Below are positions 48,333-59,851 of a DNA stretch of 64,000 nt, piece after piece. The notes below the pieces were generated by a model that saw only the letters and a list, made by a program, of their open reading frames with translations, was not told the origin of the DNA and searched no databases. Every line of letters begins with the position of its first letter. The first letter of the stretch is position 1. The DNA lies in the IMG/VR virus record IMGVR_UViG_3300046170_000323. One strand, written 5' to 3'. The DNA comes from a virus (taxonomy: Duplodnaviria; Caudoviricetes). A program made the translations under genes and the position numbers.

Positions 48333-51300
48333 ATGGCGATTACAAAACGAATTACAAAAGGTTCATCCCTCACGTATCAAGAGATGGATGACAACCTCGA
48401 GCAGATTGCCCCCTCGCACCAGTTCTACTGGATCTATTCAAATCCCTGCAGGGACTACTGCAGAACGTGACAGTTCGCCAGCAGCAGGTTATCTGAGGTA
48501 CAACAACCAACTCAACCAGTTTGAAGGATACACCACTTCTTGGGGTGCACTCGCTGGCGGAGGCGGAGGCGGTGGTGAAGTAAACCAAAACGCATTCAGT
48601 ACTTTCTCAGTATCTGGTCAAACCAATATTGATGCGGATAGTTCAACTGACACTATCAACTTCGCCGCAGGTTCGAACATCACTCTGACAACAAACGCAT
48701 CGACTGATACTCTTACTATCGCTGCGTCATTCTCACAAGACTTTGCATACAGTTCCTTGACTGGTACACCTACTACAGTGTCAGGTTACGGTATTACAGA
48801 TGCACAACCACTTCTTGTGTCTGGTACAAATATCAAGACTGTTAACGGCAACTCTCTTATGGGTTCTGGTGATATCTCACTTACTGCCTCTACAGATTGG
48901 TCGACGATCACAAACAAACCAAACACAATATCAGGTTTTGGCATTATCGATGCATTCGATGGTGCATACTCTTCGTTGACAGGCACTCCTACAACCTTGT
49001 CTGGTTATGGTATTACAGATGGGCAGTCAACTCTCGTATCTGGTTCTTCAATCAAAACAATCAATGGTGTTTCTGTTCTTGGTTCTGGTGACTTAACAGT
49101 TACAGGATCTTATGGAGACTCTGATGTTTCTTCACACCTCAACACATTAAGTGCGACAACTGGACAAGTTCTTTCTTGGACAGGTATCGACTTCCAGTGG
49201 ATTGCGGCAGGCGGTGGTGGTGGATCTGAGACAGATCCAGTCGTAGGTGGAATCACTGGTATTGTTAAGGCGGATGGTAGTGGTAATATATCTGCTGCAG
49301 TTTCGGGTACAGATTATTCAACTTTCGATGGTGACTGGAACAGTCTCACTAATACACCCACAACTCTTACTGATGCAGGCATTGTTGCAGGTCTTCTTGA
49401 TTTAACAAATTCTAATAGTAACAATATCAACGATGGTTCAGCTGGACAATACCTTCAAACGGATGGAAATGGAAACTTTAGTTTTTCAACCGTATCAGGT
49501 GGCGGCGGTGGTGCATCTGCATGGACTGCTCTTTCTGATACACCTAACAACTATGTTGGTGCACAAAACCAAGTCGTTACAGTTAACTCTCAGGCAACAG
49601 GATTAACATTTACAACTCTTAACTCTGGTGCAGAATCAAACGATCTATCATCTATTGTTACTTGGGACATTGTACCAGATGCATACATTTCTAATACAAG
49701 TGTCGTACAACACCAATCAGATCTTCGTATTACAGAAAGTCAAATCACTGACTTACAGGCCTATCTTCTAACTGAAACTGATCCAGTCTTTAGTGCACAT
49801 ACTACTGCAAACATCAACAACGGCAGTGGTTTTCTTGCACAAGATGGTGCAGGTAACTGGTTCTACGATTCGAACACCTTATATCACAAGTACGGCTGTA
49901 GAAACAGATCCAGTCTTTACTGCGCATACAACGTATGACATTGTTCAAGGCACAGGTCTACTTGGAAACTTGGGAACTGCAAACTCTTGGTATTATGATT
50001 CAAACACATACATTCAAGGTTCAGATGTTCCAGACAACGAGACTGATCCAATCTTTAGTGCGCATACTACATCAAGCATCAACAACGGTTCTGGTTTCCT
50101 AAAACAAGACGGAGCGGGTAACTGGTTTTATGACTCGAACACATATGTAACATCTGCAGGTTCTGAAACAGATCCTGTTTTCACTGCGCATACCACATAC
50201 AATATCGCTAATGGTCTTGGATTGTTGAAGAACGATGGTGGTGGAACATGGTCATATGATAACGCTACTTACCTATCAGCTGAACTAGATCCAATCTTCG
50301 ATGCGCATACAACGTCTGACATTGTAGATGGTGAAGGTTTCCTAAGACAAGACAGTGCGAACAACTGGTATTGGGATGCAAATACTTACATTACAGCGAA
50401 TGATATCCCTGCATCTTCACTTACTCTAGACGATGTTACCACGAACGGTAGTTCCACAACTAACTCAATTGAAGTTGGTGCGGCGACAGTCGGCGGTGTT
50501 AACGTCATGTTGGAAGGTTCGAACAATGCACTTTTGTCAAACGGTGCATCATTCATTACCTTAGAAGATCTAAGTGCAACTGGTGACGTAACCTATGATA
50601 ACACAACTGGTGTGTTCTCTGCAAACATTGTGTCTACTGGAATTGAATTAAACGATCTTACTGCGATTGACGATCCAACACCAAGTGGAAACGGTTCACT
50701 AAGTTACTCTAGTTCTAACGGTACATTTGTATTCACTCCACCAGATCTTTCTGGACTAGGCGGAGGCGGTGGATCTGAAACAGATCCAGTCTTTGGTGCT
50801 TCTGCAGTTGCAAACGTTGTGGCAGCCGGATCAGGTACAGATGGTTTCTTGAGAAACTATAACGGTGAGTGGTACTATGATGCAAACACTTACAGTACTT
50901 CTACAGTCGCAAACCTTGATGATCTAGGAGATGTATCAATTTCTGGTCTTGCAGATAACGAAACCCTGCTTTGGGATTCGGGACAATCTGTGTTTGTAAA
51001 CGGTACGATAGACTCTCTTATAGATACGCATTTAAATCAATCAAACCCAACAACTGGATATGTTCTTTCTTGGGATGGTGCAGATTATGCATGGGTCGCA
51101 CAGTCAGGTGGTGGCGGCGGTGGTGGTATCGCATTAACAGACTTGAGTGCATCAACTGCAGCTGCAGGTACTGCAGATCTATCTTATGACAATACAACTG
51201 GTGTGTTTACTTACACTCCACCAGATTTAAGTAGTTATCTGACTTCATATACAGACACTCTGGCAGATGTAACCAATAGAGGAAATACCTCTACGGCAGG

Positions 51301-53605
51301 TATTACTGTAAATGGTAATCTAGATGTGGCAGGTGGTGCAAGTGATGGTGGTAAGATTACTCTCAACTACGGTCAGACAGGTTCGCCTTCTTCTTCAAGT
51401 ACCAACTGGTCTTACTTAGAAGTAGAACGTGGTTCTTTGTCGAACGTAAGTATTCGTTGGCATGAAGGGTTTGATCGTTGGGAATTCACTAACGATGGTA
51501 CTAATTTTACAGAACTTGGCGCCCAAACAATACCAACATTAGATGCTGTAATGGGAGCGGGTGATGAGACGAACAACCCTCTAACACTCTACAGAGGTAC
51601 TGATGGTAATATCAACGAAGGTACTCTGAAGTTTGAAACTAGAGATACTACGCCAACTCTTGGTCAGGCAATAGGTGACATCCAATGGTATGGCGATACT
51701 GATACAGATCCAATCACCAGTACTCTTGGTGAAATGGCAAGACTCAGTGCAAACAAACATTCGAATAATTACACTGGTGGTGTAGACGTTGGACAAATGG
51801 TATTTGGTGTAACGGTTAACACAACACTAACTCCAGCATTAAAAATAGGTGACACACCTGCTGGAGGCAACCCGACTTCAACCACATATGCTACGCACTT
51901 TGAAAACCTTCCTGTATGGATGGAAGACTCACTTAGAATTTATGAAACAGTTACTGATACTGCAGACATTACCAGTGATGCTGATATTGCAGGTTTGAAA
52001 TTAACTGCATTAGATGGTTTGGGTAATTATAAAGACCGTGTTTCATTGTCTCATCAAAATAATATTGCTAGGTTAAATGTTACAGATCGTGTTAATGATG
52101 ACGAATATACAGAATTGATTATGATTCCAAGTCAAACGTCAATGCTTTCTGTTAACTATAAAGCATCAGGTGGATCTACGAGTTCGTATGATGTCTGGCA
52201 CGATTATAACGGTGGTCAAAAAGTCATAGATGAAATCACAGACGAAAATGTCTTACACAAGTTTGGTAGTTATGCAAATACTGAATACATAACTGAAAGA
52301 AGTGACTTCGGTGGTTTCAATGGTGGATCTTCTAATGGTGCTGATCTTGTGCCAAGTAGCGCACAGAATGGTTCTCTCGCTTTCTTTAATTGGCCAGATA
52401 CCTTAAATGGTACTGCAGGGGCAAACAGATATATCCCTGCAGGTCACGCAGAAGAAGTTGTACATGGAATGGGTATTCTCCGTGACGGTGGACAACACTC
52501 TTTAGGTGCACAAAGATGGGATCCATTCGGCGGCCCAGATTTTAGAGTAAGTGTAGATAATACAGGCGGTAGTGCCACAGGTCTTGGTGGACTTGTTTAC
52601 ATGTTTGGTGGTACATCAATTTCAAATGATGATACTCCTGTCACAACAATTATTACAAACCAAAACTATAACGCAACTGATGGTACGATCATTTCGCAGA
52701 CGAGTTATAGAACAGGTCAAAACACAACTACTTTCGATCATGAAGAATATGCAAGAGTAACTGTATCAGCGGTAGATGTCACTAGTGGGACAGAGGATGC
52801 AAAGATAGTTCATGCCGTACAAAAGGCAGGAACTCTTACTGATATGCTCGAAGTAAGTCCTGATGGAATTGATGTTGATGGTGATGTCACAATCGATAAT
52901 AGAAATAGACTTAGGTTGGCAGATGCAGGTGTTGATAAGGCACTGATTGGACTTAACCAAGGTAAATATCTATACATGGGATCAGAAGGTACTAATTCAG
53001 ATCCAAGAATAAGGTTTGATGGTGAAGCGACTCAGGCGGCAATTGTGCCTACACTCCCTGCAGGTTCAACAACATCAGGTGCTTCTGGATACCTAAACTT
53101 AGGTTCCACAACTTCTGCATTTAAAGAAATCCACTTAACTGATGGTGTGGTTTTTCCTGATGCTGGTGGCACTAATACCACAACTTCAAGTAATACTCTC
53201 GACTCATATGAAGAGGGCACTTTCACACCAAACCTTACAGGAACAGGTGGAGCATTCAGTGGTGCATCCTATGGCACTCAAAGTGGCAAGTACACTAAGA
53301 TTGGAGATACTGTTCATATCCAAGTGCATCTAGTTTGTTCTGCGGTAACTGGTGGTAGTGGATCTCTAGCAGTAGGTAACCTTCCGTTTACTATAGGAGG
53401 CGCTTGTGGTGCATCAATAGGATATGTCAGTGGGTTGAATGTCGATGAGACCACATTCACGCAATTCGGTTTGTACACAACTACCAGCGGAGGCGCAAGA
53501 CTCATATTTACTAAAACAGGTGATAATGCTGCCGCTGGTGAGGTATTGATTAGTGAGTTTACATCAGCATTCAACATAGTATTCACTGCCACATACAAAG
53601 TTTAA
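48333..53605 (+). CDS. long tail fibre protein (about 1750 aa) with probable indels near 48410 and 49878
   Basis: MAITKRITKGSSLTYQEMDDN start; Gly/Ser/Thr-rich; ETDP repeats continue across the 49878 break; C-terminal YEEGTFTP...YTKIGDTV...NLPF module. Confidence 0.85.
49765..50890 (+). repeat. about 40-aa ETDPxFxAHTT...GxW(F/Y)YDxNTY protein repeats (6 copies)
   Basis: Copies start near 49775, 49903, 50039, 50167, 50281 and 50777. Confidence 0.85.
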
Positions 53606-53645
53606 ATTAACCCTTTCGGAGATTGGGTCGGACAGGAGAAAATAA

Positions 53646-53897
53646 ATGGCTTTAGAAAAAGTAACAACACAAGATAAAATTGAGATCGTAGGCGATTACA
53701 AAATCGTGCAGGTTCGTACAAAAACCGCAATCATAGAAGATGGAGTTGAAATCTCCTCAAGTTTTCACCGACATGTCGTTGCGCCAGATGCAGACATCAC
53801 AAGTGAAAGCGCAGATGTTCAAGCCATTTGTAATGTAGTTCATACTGATGAAGTTAAAGCAGCTTATCTCGCACATCTTGCGGAAGAAAGCGCTTGA
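53646..53897 (+). CDS. small tail-fibre-associated protein
   Basis: AGGAG RBS directly after fibre; KIEIVG..VQVRT...FHRHV pattern. Confidence 0.6.
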   Translation: MALEKVTTQDKIEIVGDYKIVQVRTKTAIIEDGVEISSSFHRHVVAPDADITSESADVQAICNVVHTDEVKAAYLAHLAEESA

Positions 53898-53922
53898 CAA
53901 CCTAAAATTTATTTGTTATAAT
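53894..53922 (+). promoter_or_regulatory. sigma70-type promoter
   Basis: TTGACA-17 nt-TATAAT. Confidence 0.85.
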
Positions 53923-53944
53923 ATGAAAAGAAATTGGAGATAGT

Positions 53945-54619
53945 ATGTTTAATCATGTAGACCACGGCATTGAGTTGCCCAAATTAACTAGGGAAACGAA
54001 AGAGTCTGGTCGAAAATACTTTACTCCAGAAGGAAATGCATACCCCTCAATCACAACAGTCCTCGGCATTCTATCGAAACAATCGATTGCAGAATGGCGA
54101 AGACGTGTGGGTGCAGAGGAAGCAAATAGAATCTCTCGCAGGGCAGCAGGACGTGGGACTGCAGTACACAAACTTGCGGAAGACTATATAGATAACGTGC
54201 AAAATTGGCAGGACAAACATATGCCTGCAAACCTCTTCACGTTCAATACAATTAAAAGACTGATTGATGAGAACCTTAATAATGTTTGGTTTCAAGAAGA
54301 ATTCTTATATAGTGATAAACTCAAAACGGCAGGTCAAGTAGACTGCATTGCTGAGTGGGATGGTGAGTTGTCGATAATCGACTTCAAGACTTCTAGAAAA
54401 CTCAAAAAGGAAGATCACATTCAGAATTACTTTATGCAGGCATCTTTTTATGCGGCTGCATTCTTGGAAAGAACAGGTGTTCCTATCAAACAAGCTGTCA
54501 TCCTCATTGCGGTTGACGATAACGAACCACAGGTGTTCAAGGTAGATACATTCGACTACCTCGAACATTTTTGGTCAGTAAGGAGCGCATATGCTGAACT
54601 CTATGAGGGAGAAGGATGA
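53945..54619 (+). CDS. Cas4-like PD-(D/E)XK exonuclease
   Basis: YPSITTVL, RGTAVH, AGQVDC, IIDFKTS and QASFYA motifs. Confidence 0.85.
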   Translation: MFNHVDHGIELPKLTRETKESGRKYFTPEGNAYPSITTVLGILSKQSIAEWRRRVGAEEANRISRRAAGRGTAVHKLAEDYIDNVQNWQDKHMPANLFTFNTIKRLIDENLNNVWFQEEFLYSDKLKTAGQVDCIAEWDGELSIIDFKTSRKLKKEDHIQNYFMQASFYAAAFLERTGVPIKQAVILIAVDDNEPQVFKVDTFDYLEHFWSVRSAYAELYEGEG

Positions 54620-54688
54620 TGATCCTCGTCGAGATGATCCTCACGACGATTGTACACACTGGTTAGGAAAGATGTAAGGAAATATATT

Positions 54689-54910
54689 ATGGAATCAAAG
54701 TTGCTATATGATGATAGACATGGTGGCCCTTATGATAGGGGTGGTGCTGACAGTTACTATGGAAGAGGGTTCAGACCCCACTACTTTGTAGGTGATACAT
54801 ATCGATCTGATGCTGTTGAGTTAGAAGACATGACACCAGAAGAGATCACTGCTTACTCTGCAGGTTACCGTGATAACGAAGACGATGGTAATTTTAAGGA
54901 TTGGGGATAA
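54689..54910 (+). CDS. hypothetical protein
   Basis: AAGGA RBS; HGGPYDRGGADSYYGR motif. Confidence 0.65.
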   Translation: MESKLLYDDRHGGPYDRGGADSYYGRGFRPHYFVGDTYRSDAVELEDMTPEEITAYSAGYRDNEDDGNFKDWG

Positions 54911-55017
54911 TGTACACAGTTAACGGAAAAAGGTTCAATTGCGTTTTAGATGCAATTGACTACAGAGATCATTTGGACGCTCATTATATAAAGGTAGTTT
55001 GGGAGACACATGCGTAA
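54910..55017 (+). CDS. 35-aa hypothetical peptide
   Basis: TAATG-coupled start; open to TAA 55017. Confidence 0.4.
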   Translation: MYTVNGKRFNCVLDAIDYRDHLDAHYIKVVWETHA

Positions 55018-55072
55018 CCTAAATACAGTCAGAAGGTCATCTTCTACCCCGATACAATTAGACGGAGGTTCA

Positions 55073-55480
55073 ATGATCGAATTACCCAAAACTAAAACGA
55101 GATACATCATCATTGATGACAGTAATGGTGTGTTCTTAGGAACATACACAATGGCTGACTTTGAGGAAGAAATTGAAAGTAACTTTCTTCAAGAAGGCGA
55201 GTATATCGCTCAAGAAGATTTAGACAAATCCTTTGCACTCTTCGCAAAGGACAATCCATTCTCAATCCATCGTGCCTGTTCCTTCGCATCAGTCGAAGAA
55301 GCACAACGGTTCATCAAAGATAGTTTCGGAAAGACTGCCAAGAACCTCAAACTTGATGCCTTTCCAGTTGAGACAACAACCTATTATCCAGATATTGTTG
55401 ACCTTATCAAGTCTGGATATTCACAACATACATTCGATATGTTGGACGGACTAGAAAGTCCCTCAAAAAAAATGCATTAA
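55073..55480 (+). CDS. hypothetical protein
   Basis: GGAGG RBS before ATG 55073. Confidence 0.65.
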   Translation: MIELPKTKTRYIIIDDSNGVFLGTYTMADFEEEIESNFLQEGEYIAQEDLDKSFALFAKDNPFSIHRACSFASVEEAQRFIKDSFGKTAKNLKLDAFPVETTTYYPDIVDLIKSGYSQHTFDMLDGLESPSKKMH

Positions 55481-55495
55481 AATCAAAAAAAGTGC

Positions 55496-55524
55496 TTGAC
55501 ATTTGTTTTTAAAACGTTTATACT
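55496..55524 (+). promoter_or_regulatory. early sigma70-type promoter
   Basis: TTGACA-17 nt-TATACT with A-tract upstream. Confidence 0.8.
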
Positions 55525-55568
55525 GTGTGTATAAATTGAGTTTAACCTCTCGTAAAGGAGAAATACAA

Positions 55569-56525
55569 ATGGCACATGAACTAGAAATCGTTGGTGGTGA
55601 AGCACAAATGGCCTACCGTGAGAGCAAGGGTCTTCCTTGGCATGGACTAGGTACACCAGTACATGATTTTATGTCACCACAGATGATGATGGAAGCAGCT
55701 GGTCTCGACTGGGACGTTGAGAAAGTTGATACCTTTATTCGTTACAAAGGTGACAATGTAAAAACAGGACAACAAGCACTTGTTCGTTCTACAGATGGTA
55801 AGATCCTCACACAAGTAGGTGAAGGATGGAATCCAGTACAGAACGCAGAAGCGTTCGAATTCTTCACAGAGTTTGTATCTAACGGTGACATGATCATGGA
55901 CACTGCAGGTTCACTTAAAGGCGGTCAGATCGTCTGGGCACTTGCAGATGTACGTGATGGTTTTGAACTGTTTGGTGGTGACGAAGTGAAAGGTTACCTT
56001 CTGTTCTCAAACCCACACCAGTACGGTAAAGCAATCGACATCAAGTTCGTAATGGAACGTGTTGTCTGCAATAACACACTGACTGTGGCACTGAACGAAA
56101 AGGGTATGCCTGGCGTTCGTATCAATCACCGTTCGCAGTTCAATGCAGATATGGTGAAACAGACTCTTGGTATCGGACACAATCGTGTAGAACGTTTCAA
56201 AGAAGCTGCAGAGTTTCTTGGTTCAAAGAACTACAACAAGTTCGATCTTCAGAAGTTCCTTGGTGATGTATTCGGTACGTCTGCAAAGGAAGGTAAAGAT
56301 CTTTCTCGTACTGCAGAACGTGCACTTGAGATTGTCGAGACACAGCCTGGAAATGAGTTCAAGCCTGGCTCATGGTGGAATGCATACAATGCAGTGACTT
56401 ACATGACTGACCACGAACTTGGTCGTTCTGCAGACACTCGTATGACTTCTGCATGGTTTGGTGTTAACGCAAAACGTAAAGTTGATGCCTTAAACACTGC
56501 ATTAGAGTACGCAGAATCTGCATAA
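55569..56525 (+). CDS. DUF932-family protein
   Basis: MAHE..PWHGLG, AGLDWDV, VQN.EAF, TAGSLKGG, RVVCNNTL, W.AYNAVT motifs. Confidence 0.9.
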   Translation: MAHELEIVGGEAQMAYRESKGLPWHGLGTPVHDFMSPQMMMEAAGLDWDVEKVDTFIRYKGDNVKTGQQALVRSTDGKILTQVGEGWNPVQNAEAFEFFTEFVSNGDMIMDTAGSLKGGQIVWALADVRDGFELFGGDEVKGYLLFSNPHQYGKAIDIKFVMERVVCNNTLTVALNEKGMPGVRINHRSQFNADMVKQTLGIGHNRVERFKEAAEFLGSKNYNKFDLQKFLGDVFGTSAKEGKDLSRTAERALEIVETQPGNEFKPGSWWNAYNAVTYMTDHELGRSADTRMTSAWFGVNAKRKVDALNTALEYAESA

Positions 56526-56529
56526 GGTT

Positions 56530-56549
56530 GGGGGGATTTCCCCCCTTTT
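56530..56549 (+). terminator. intrinsic terminator
   Basis: G6-ATTT-C6 hairpin followed by TTTT. Confidence 0.8.
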
Positions 56550-56566
56550 CCTCGAAAGGATAAAAT

Positions 56567-57298
56567 ATGCGTGTTATGTTAACAGGTCACAGAGGTTTTA
56601 TAGGTAGTTACCTATATGATCGATTGGTAGATGAAGGTATGGATGTTGAAGGCTACGATATCATAAGTGGTCAAGATCTCTTCGACTGCCCTCTACCAAA
56701 AGATCCCCCTGATCAGATTATCCATCTCGCAGGCCTAAGTGGTGTGCGTGATAGTATGAAAGATCCAGCGGGATACTGGCGTAATAATGTTGAAGTATCT
56801 AAAAGATTATTCGAACGTTATCCTCGTACCAGAATTCTATATGCGAGTTCTTCTAGTATATACGAACCAGACTTGAATCCATATGCTGCGAGTAAGTATA
56901 TTGTGGAAGAGTCGGCACAAAGACACCCCAACACATTAGGAATGCGATTCCATACTGTATATTCAGATAAACCACGTAAGGGAATGTTCTTACAAAAGTT
57001 ACTGGATGATGAGTTAGAATACGTTACTACTCACAGACGTGACTTTATTCATTTAGAGGATCTCTGTGATGCAATCCAATTGTTGATGGAACATCCCATA
57101 GGCGGATATACAGATATAGGTACAGGAGATCCAGTAAAGGTTTCGGATCTAGCGCCCAGTTCATTACCAGTAAAATTGAACACACCAAATGAAAGAGAAT
57201 ACACTTGTGCAGATATTCACAATCTGCAAGATCTAGGATGGACACCCATTCATGATGTGAGGAAACTAAAACATGGCGTACAGAACAGCCCAGAGTGA
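56567..57298 (+). CDS. NAD-dependent epimerase/dehydratase
   Basis: TGHRGFIG, HLAG, YASSSS, YAASK and RDFIH motifs. Confidence 0.92.
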   Translation: MRVMLTGHRGFIGSYLYDRLVDEGMDVEGYDIISGQDLFDCPLPKDPPDQIIHLAGLSGVRDSMKDPAGYWRNNVEVSKRLFERYPRTRILYASSSSIYEPDLNPYAASKYIVEESAQRHPNTLGMRFHTVYSDKPRKGMFLQKLLDDELEYVTTHRRDFIHLEDLCDAIQLLMEHPIGGYTDIGTGDPVKVSDLAPSSLPVKLNTPNEREYTCADIHNLQDLGWTPIHDVRKLKHGVQNSPE

Positions 57299-57644
57299 TG
57301 TCAGAGAAAAGTTTGATATCAATCTAATTGACGAAGTATTAGAACACTCAGGTGGGGCGCTATATGCTCTTACAGTACCATTGAAGAATGGAAGGAACAT
57401 CCTTACCCATTCTAATCTGTCTTGGAACTGGAGTGTTCTATATGATTGTAAATATAATGACACAGAGAAGATATGGGAAAGTCATATTAATCTGTGGAAA
57501 CGTGGACAAGAGAAAGCAGGACTCTCTACTCGTCGAAAGAAAGTCTCAAAGAAAATGTGGGACGATCTGGAAAAGAAATGGAAGAAAGAAAAAAGCGAAT
57601 CAAAGAGCACGTTCATTGCGTGTGGAAAAAAAGATGGCGATTGA
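57273..57644 (+). CDS. hypothetical protein
   Basis: 123-aa ORF in operon-like run. Confidence 0.55.
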   Translation: MAYRTAQSDVREKFDINLIDEVLEHSGGALYALTVPLKNGRNILTHSNLSWNWSVLYDCKYNDTEKIWESHINLWKRGQEKAGLSTRRKKVSKKMWDDLEKKWKKEKSESKSTFIACGKKDGD

Positions 57645-58044
57645 ACGTGTAGCTGCAGAAGAGTTGAGAAAGAAACTCGCAGAAGAAGAAAAGATCCAAA
57701 GAGATCTGGCGATGAAACGCATCATGGAAGAAGAACCGCCGAAAGATGTTAGAACTGTTAAGACACGTAAAAGACGTACCAAGGCAGAAGTAAAGGCAGC
57801 GAAGGCGGCAGAGAGTACCTTAGATGCATTCATGGAGAAACCTAAACGGAAACCTAGAAAAAAGAAAGTTGTCAAGAAGTATAAGACTGCAGAGTTTCAA
57901 GCACTCACTAAACCACAACTAATACATATAGGTAGCAAACAATTCAAAACAAAACTCGACAGTCGTAAGAAGAAAGATGATCTGGTTAAAGATCTTATGA
58001 AAGCGCAACGAGAGTTTTTTAAACCAAAGGGTAAGAAGAAATGA
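57634..58044 (+). CDS. Lys-rich hypothetical protein
   Basis: Start moved to ATG 57634 (MAIERV); very basic. Confidence 0.6.
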   Translation: MAIERVAAEELRKKLAEEEKIQRDLAMKRIMEEEPPKDVRTVKTRKRRTKAEVKAAKAAESTLDAFMEKPKRKPRKKKVVKKYKTAEFQALTKPQLIHIGSKQFKTKLDSRKKKDDLVKDLMKAQREFFKPKGKKK

Positions 58045-58466
58045 TCATACACGAACCCACATCAAATACTGCTGGTGTAATTGAACACTACAGTGATCCA
58101 AACGGGCCGACTGTAACTTATGTTTTGACAACAGATTTATATCAACCTAGTGCGAACGTACAGTTTACTGCAGATGTGTTTTATCAAAACCCAGCGAATG
58201 AAGATTTTGGAAATCATTACTTTGGGATTTATCAGCGTGGGACTAATACTTACATTTGCAACGCAGATCAGGTTGAAGACTATATGATTGGTATGGTAGA
58301 GAATGATGATGGCGACTTAGTCTATTCATCTAATCGTCATGACCACAAGTCGTTTGATAATGGAAACATGATTGACGGTGGTCGTGACTACCTGCATTCT
58401 GCAGGGGAAGTTCAATATTACAAAATTGCTAACGGAGAGTTTTATGAAGTACGCATTGATGGTTAA
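58041..58466 (+). CDS. hypothetical protein
   Basis: ATGA-coupled; YSSNRHD..MIDGGRDY motif. Confidence 0.65.
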   Translation: MIIHEPTSNTAGVIEHYSDPNGPTVTYVLTTDLYQPSANVQFTADVFYQNPANEDFGNHYFGIYQRGTNTYICNADQVEDYMIGMVENDDGDLVYSSNRHDHKSFDNGNMIDGGRDYLHSAGEVQYYKIANGEFYEVRIDG

Positions 58467-58638
58467 TTATGACTACGCAAGTGGTAATGATTCAGATTGG
58501 GTTTATGTAAACGCAGCAGGTATGGAAAGTTCTATGCCACAAATGTATGAAGATTTTGATAGTGCTTATCAGGCTGCGACAGTTTGGATGCAACAGAACA
58601 AAGGACAGTCGAAGGTTGTAGAGTACTTGTCTGAATGA
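58444..58638 (+). CDS. hypothetical protein
   Basis: GGAG RBS before ATG 58444. Confidence 0.55.
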   Translation: MKYALMVNYDYASGNDSDWVYVNAAGMESSMPQMYEDFDSAYQAATVWMQQNKGQSKVVEYLSE

Positions 58639-58856
58639 TATACAAGTGGTTTGGTACGGTATGTTTTCTATCGGCCGCAATTCTGTTGTCAGCTAACATC
58701 GAATGGTCTCGTTATGGTTTCTTTGTTTTCCTTACTGGTCACATAGTACTGAGTTATTACTTCTGGTTTAGACAAAAAGATGCAGCTCTCGCAACACAGA
58801 ATACTTGTTTTATTCTGATTGATGCAATGGGTATATACAGGTGGTTTATTGCTTGA
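58635..58856 (+). CDS. small three-TM membrane protein
   Basis: Three hydrophobic segments; ATGA-coupled. Confidence 0.6.
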   Translation: MIYKWFGTVCFLSAAILLSANIEWSRYGFFVFLTGHIVLSYYFWFRQKDAALATQNTCFILIDAMGIYRWFIA

Positions 58857-59142
58857 AGACTTCTTAGAAGATGATCCACAGATCATATCTGAACAAATAC
58901 GCCTGCGCATACGCCTGTGCGTGTATGCGTACGCTTACGAGATTGCGAACGAAACTCTGATACCAGATCACGAATTTGATGCAATGTGTCTAAAGGTTGA
59001 TCCGTCCATAGAGACAGGTAACGAAAAGATGGATGCGTGGTTCAAGAAAGAGTTCGATCCATCTACAGGACAATGGATCCACAAACACCCAGAACTTGGC
59101 CGTATTGTGGACATCTACAAGAAATATTATCAAAAAAGTTGA
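58819..59142 (+). CDS. stand-alone protein resembling NAD-dependent DNA ligase domain Ia
   Basis: YAYAYEIANETLIPDHEFD resembles LigA YxYY..DxPxxxDxEYD; start uncertain. Confidence 0.5.
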   Translation: MMQWVYTGGLLLEDFLEDDPQIISEQIRLRIRLCVYAYAYEIANETLIPDHEFDAMCLKVDPSIETGNEKMDAWFKKEFDPSTGQWIHKHPELGRIVDIYKKYYQKS

Positions 59143-59161
59143 TTTTTTTTCAAAAAAAGGC

Positions 59162-59190
59162 TTGCCTTTTGCTTCAATAAGCATTATATT
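59162..59190 (+). promoter_or_regulatory. early sigma70-type promoter
   Basis: TTGCCT-17 nt-TATATT; shares TATATTAATAGTGTA with the 46719 promoter. Confidence 0.7.
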
Positions 59191-59225
59191 AATAGTGTAA
59201 GTTGAGAAAAGAAAGAGAGTTTGAT

Positions 59226-59564
59226 ATGAAAAACAATGCAATGAACGTCCTGATCGAAAAAATCAAAGAAGACTACCTTGCGTGGCATACACGTAGAGGC
59301 GAAGAAATGTCTCCTCACGCCCTTAAAATGATCGAAGAATTCAACAATGGTCTTGAGATCAAACAAGGTCGTAAGTACACAAAGATTATTTCAAACCGTT
59401 CAGTTTGGGGTTTCATCGTGAACACTGAAAACGATAAGAAGTTTCAGTTCGGTGATATTCTGAAAGCAGCAGGTTGGGCGACACCCACTCGTAACGCTGC
59501 ACGTGGTAACATCTTCAATGATGAGTATCATGTAAACTGGACTGGCCCTGATTACTTGGTTTAA
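59226..59564 (+). CDS. conserved phage early hypothetical protein
   Basis: KYTKII..SVWGFI...GDILKAAGW.TP...RGNI pattern. Confidence 0.65.
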   Translation: MKNNAMNVLIEKIKEDYLAWHTRRGEEMSPHALKMIEEFNNGLEIKQGRKYTKIISNRSVWGFIVNTENDKKFQFGDILKAAGWATPTRNAARGNIFNDEYHVNWTGPDYLV

Positions 59565-59575
59565 GGAGAACTGAA

Positions 59576-59851
59576 ATGAAAATACCTCAAGTAAAACCCG
59601 ATTGGAATACAGGCATCTACATTGGAAACGGTGTAGTAGCCAAAGAACCTACAGATGAAATTGCGCAAATGCAAAAAGAGTATGAGTTTTTCAGTAACAT
59701 GTTAAAGACACTGGAACGTAAGAAAAAGAACTCGCCTGGCAACTGGACGCCAGGCAATGGTTTCGCAAAGATGAAATGTCGTGAACGCATTGCAGCACTT
59801 GAAGCAGCGTTTGATAAAATTGATTATATGACACAGGTGGTATACGACTAA
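59576..59851 (+). CDS. hypothetical protein
   Basis: AAGGAG RBS. Confidence 0.65.
   Translation: MKIPQVKPDWNTGIYIGNGVVAKEPTDEIAQMQKEYEFFSNMLKTLERKKKNSPGNWTPGNGFAKMKCRERIAALEAAFDKIDYMTQVVYD

Noticed and set aside
53945-54619. Cas4-like nuclease as a sign of a CRISPR system
   Set aside because: No repeat-spacer array or other cas genes; stand-alone Cas4-like exonucleases are common in phages
54610-54677. GATGATCCTC direct repeat after the exonuclease
   Set aside because: Reads as DDPRRDDPH in one frame, probably the true exonuclease C-terminus after an extra G or a tiny ORF; not an array
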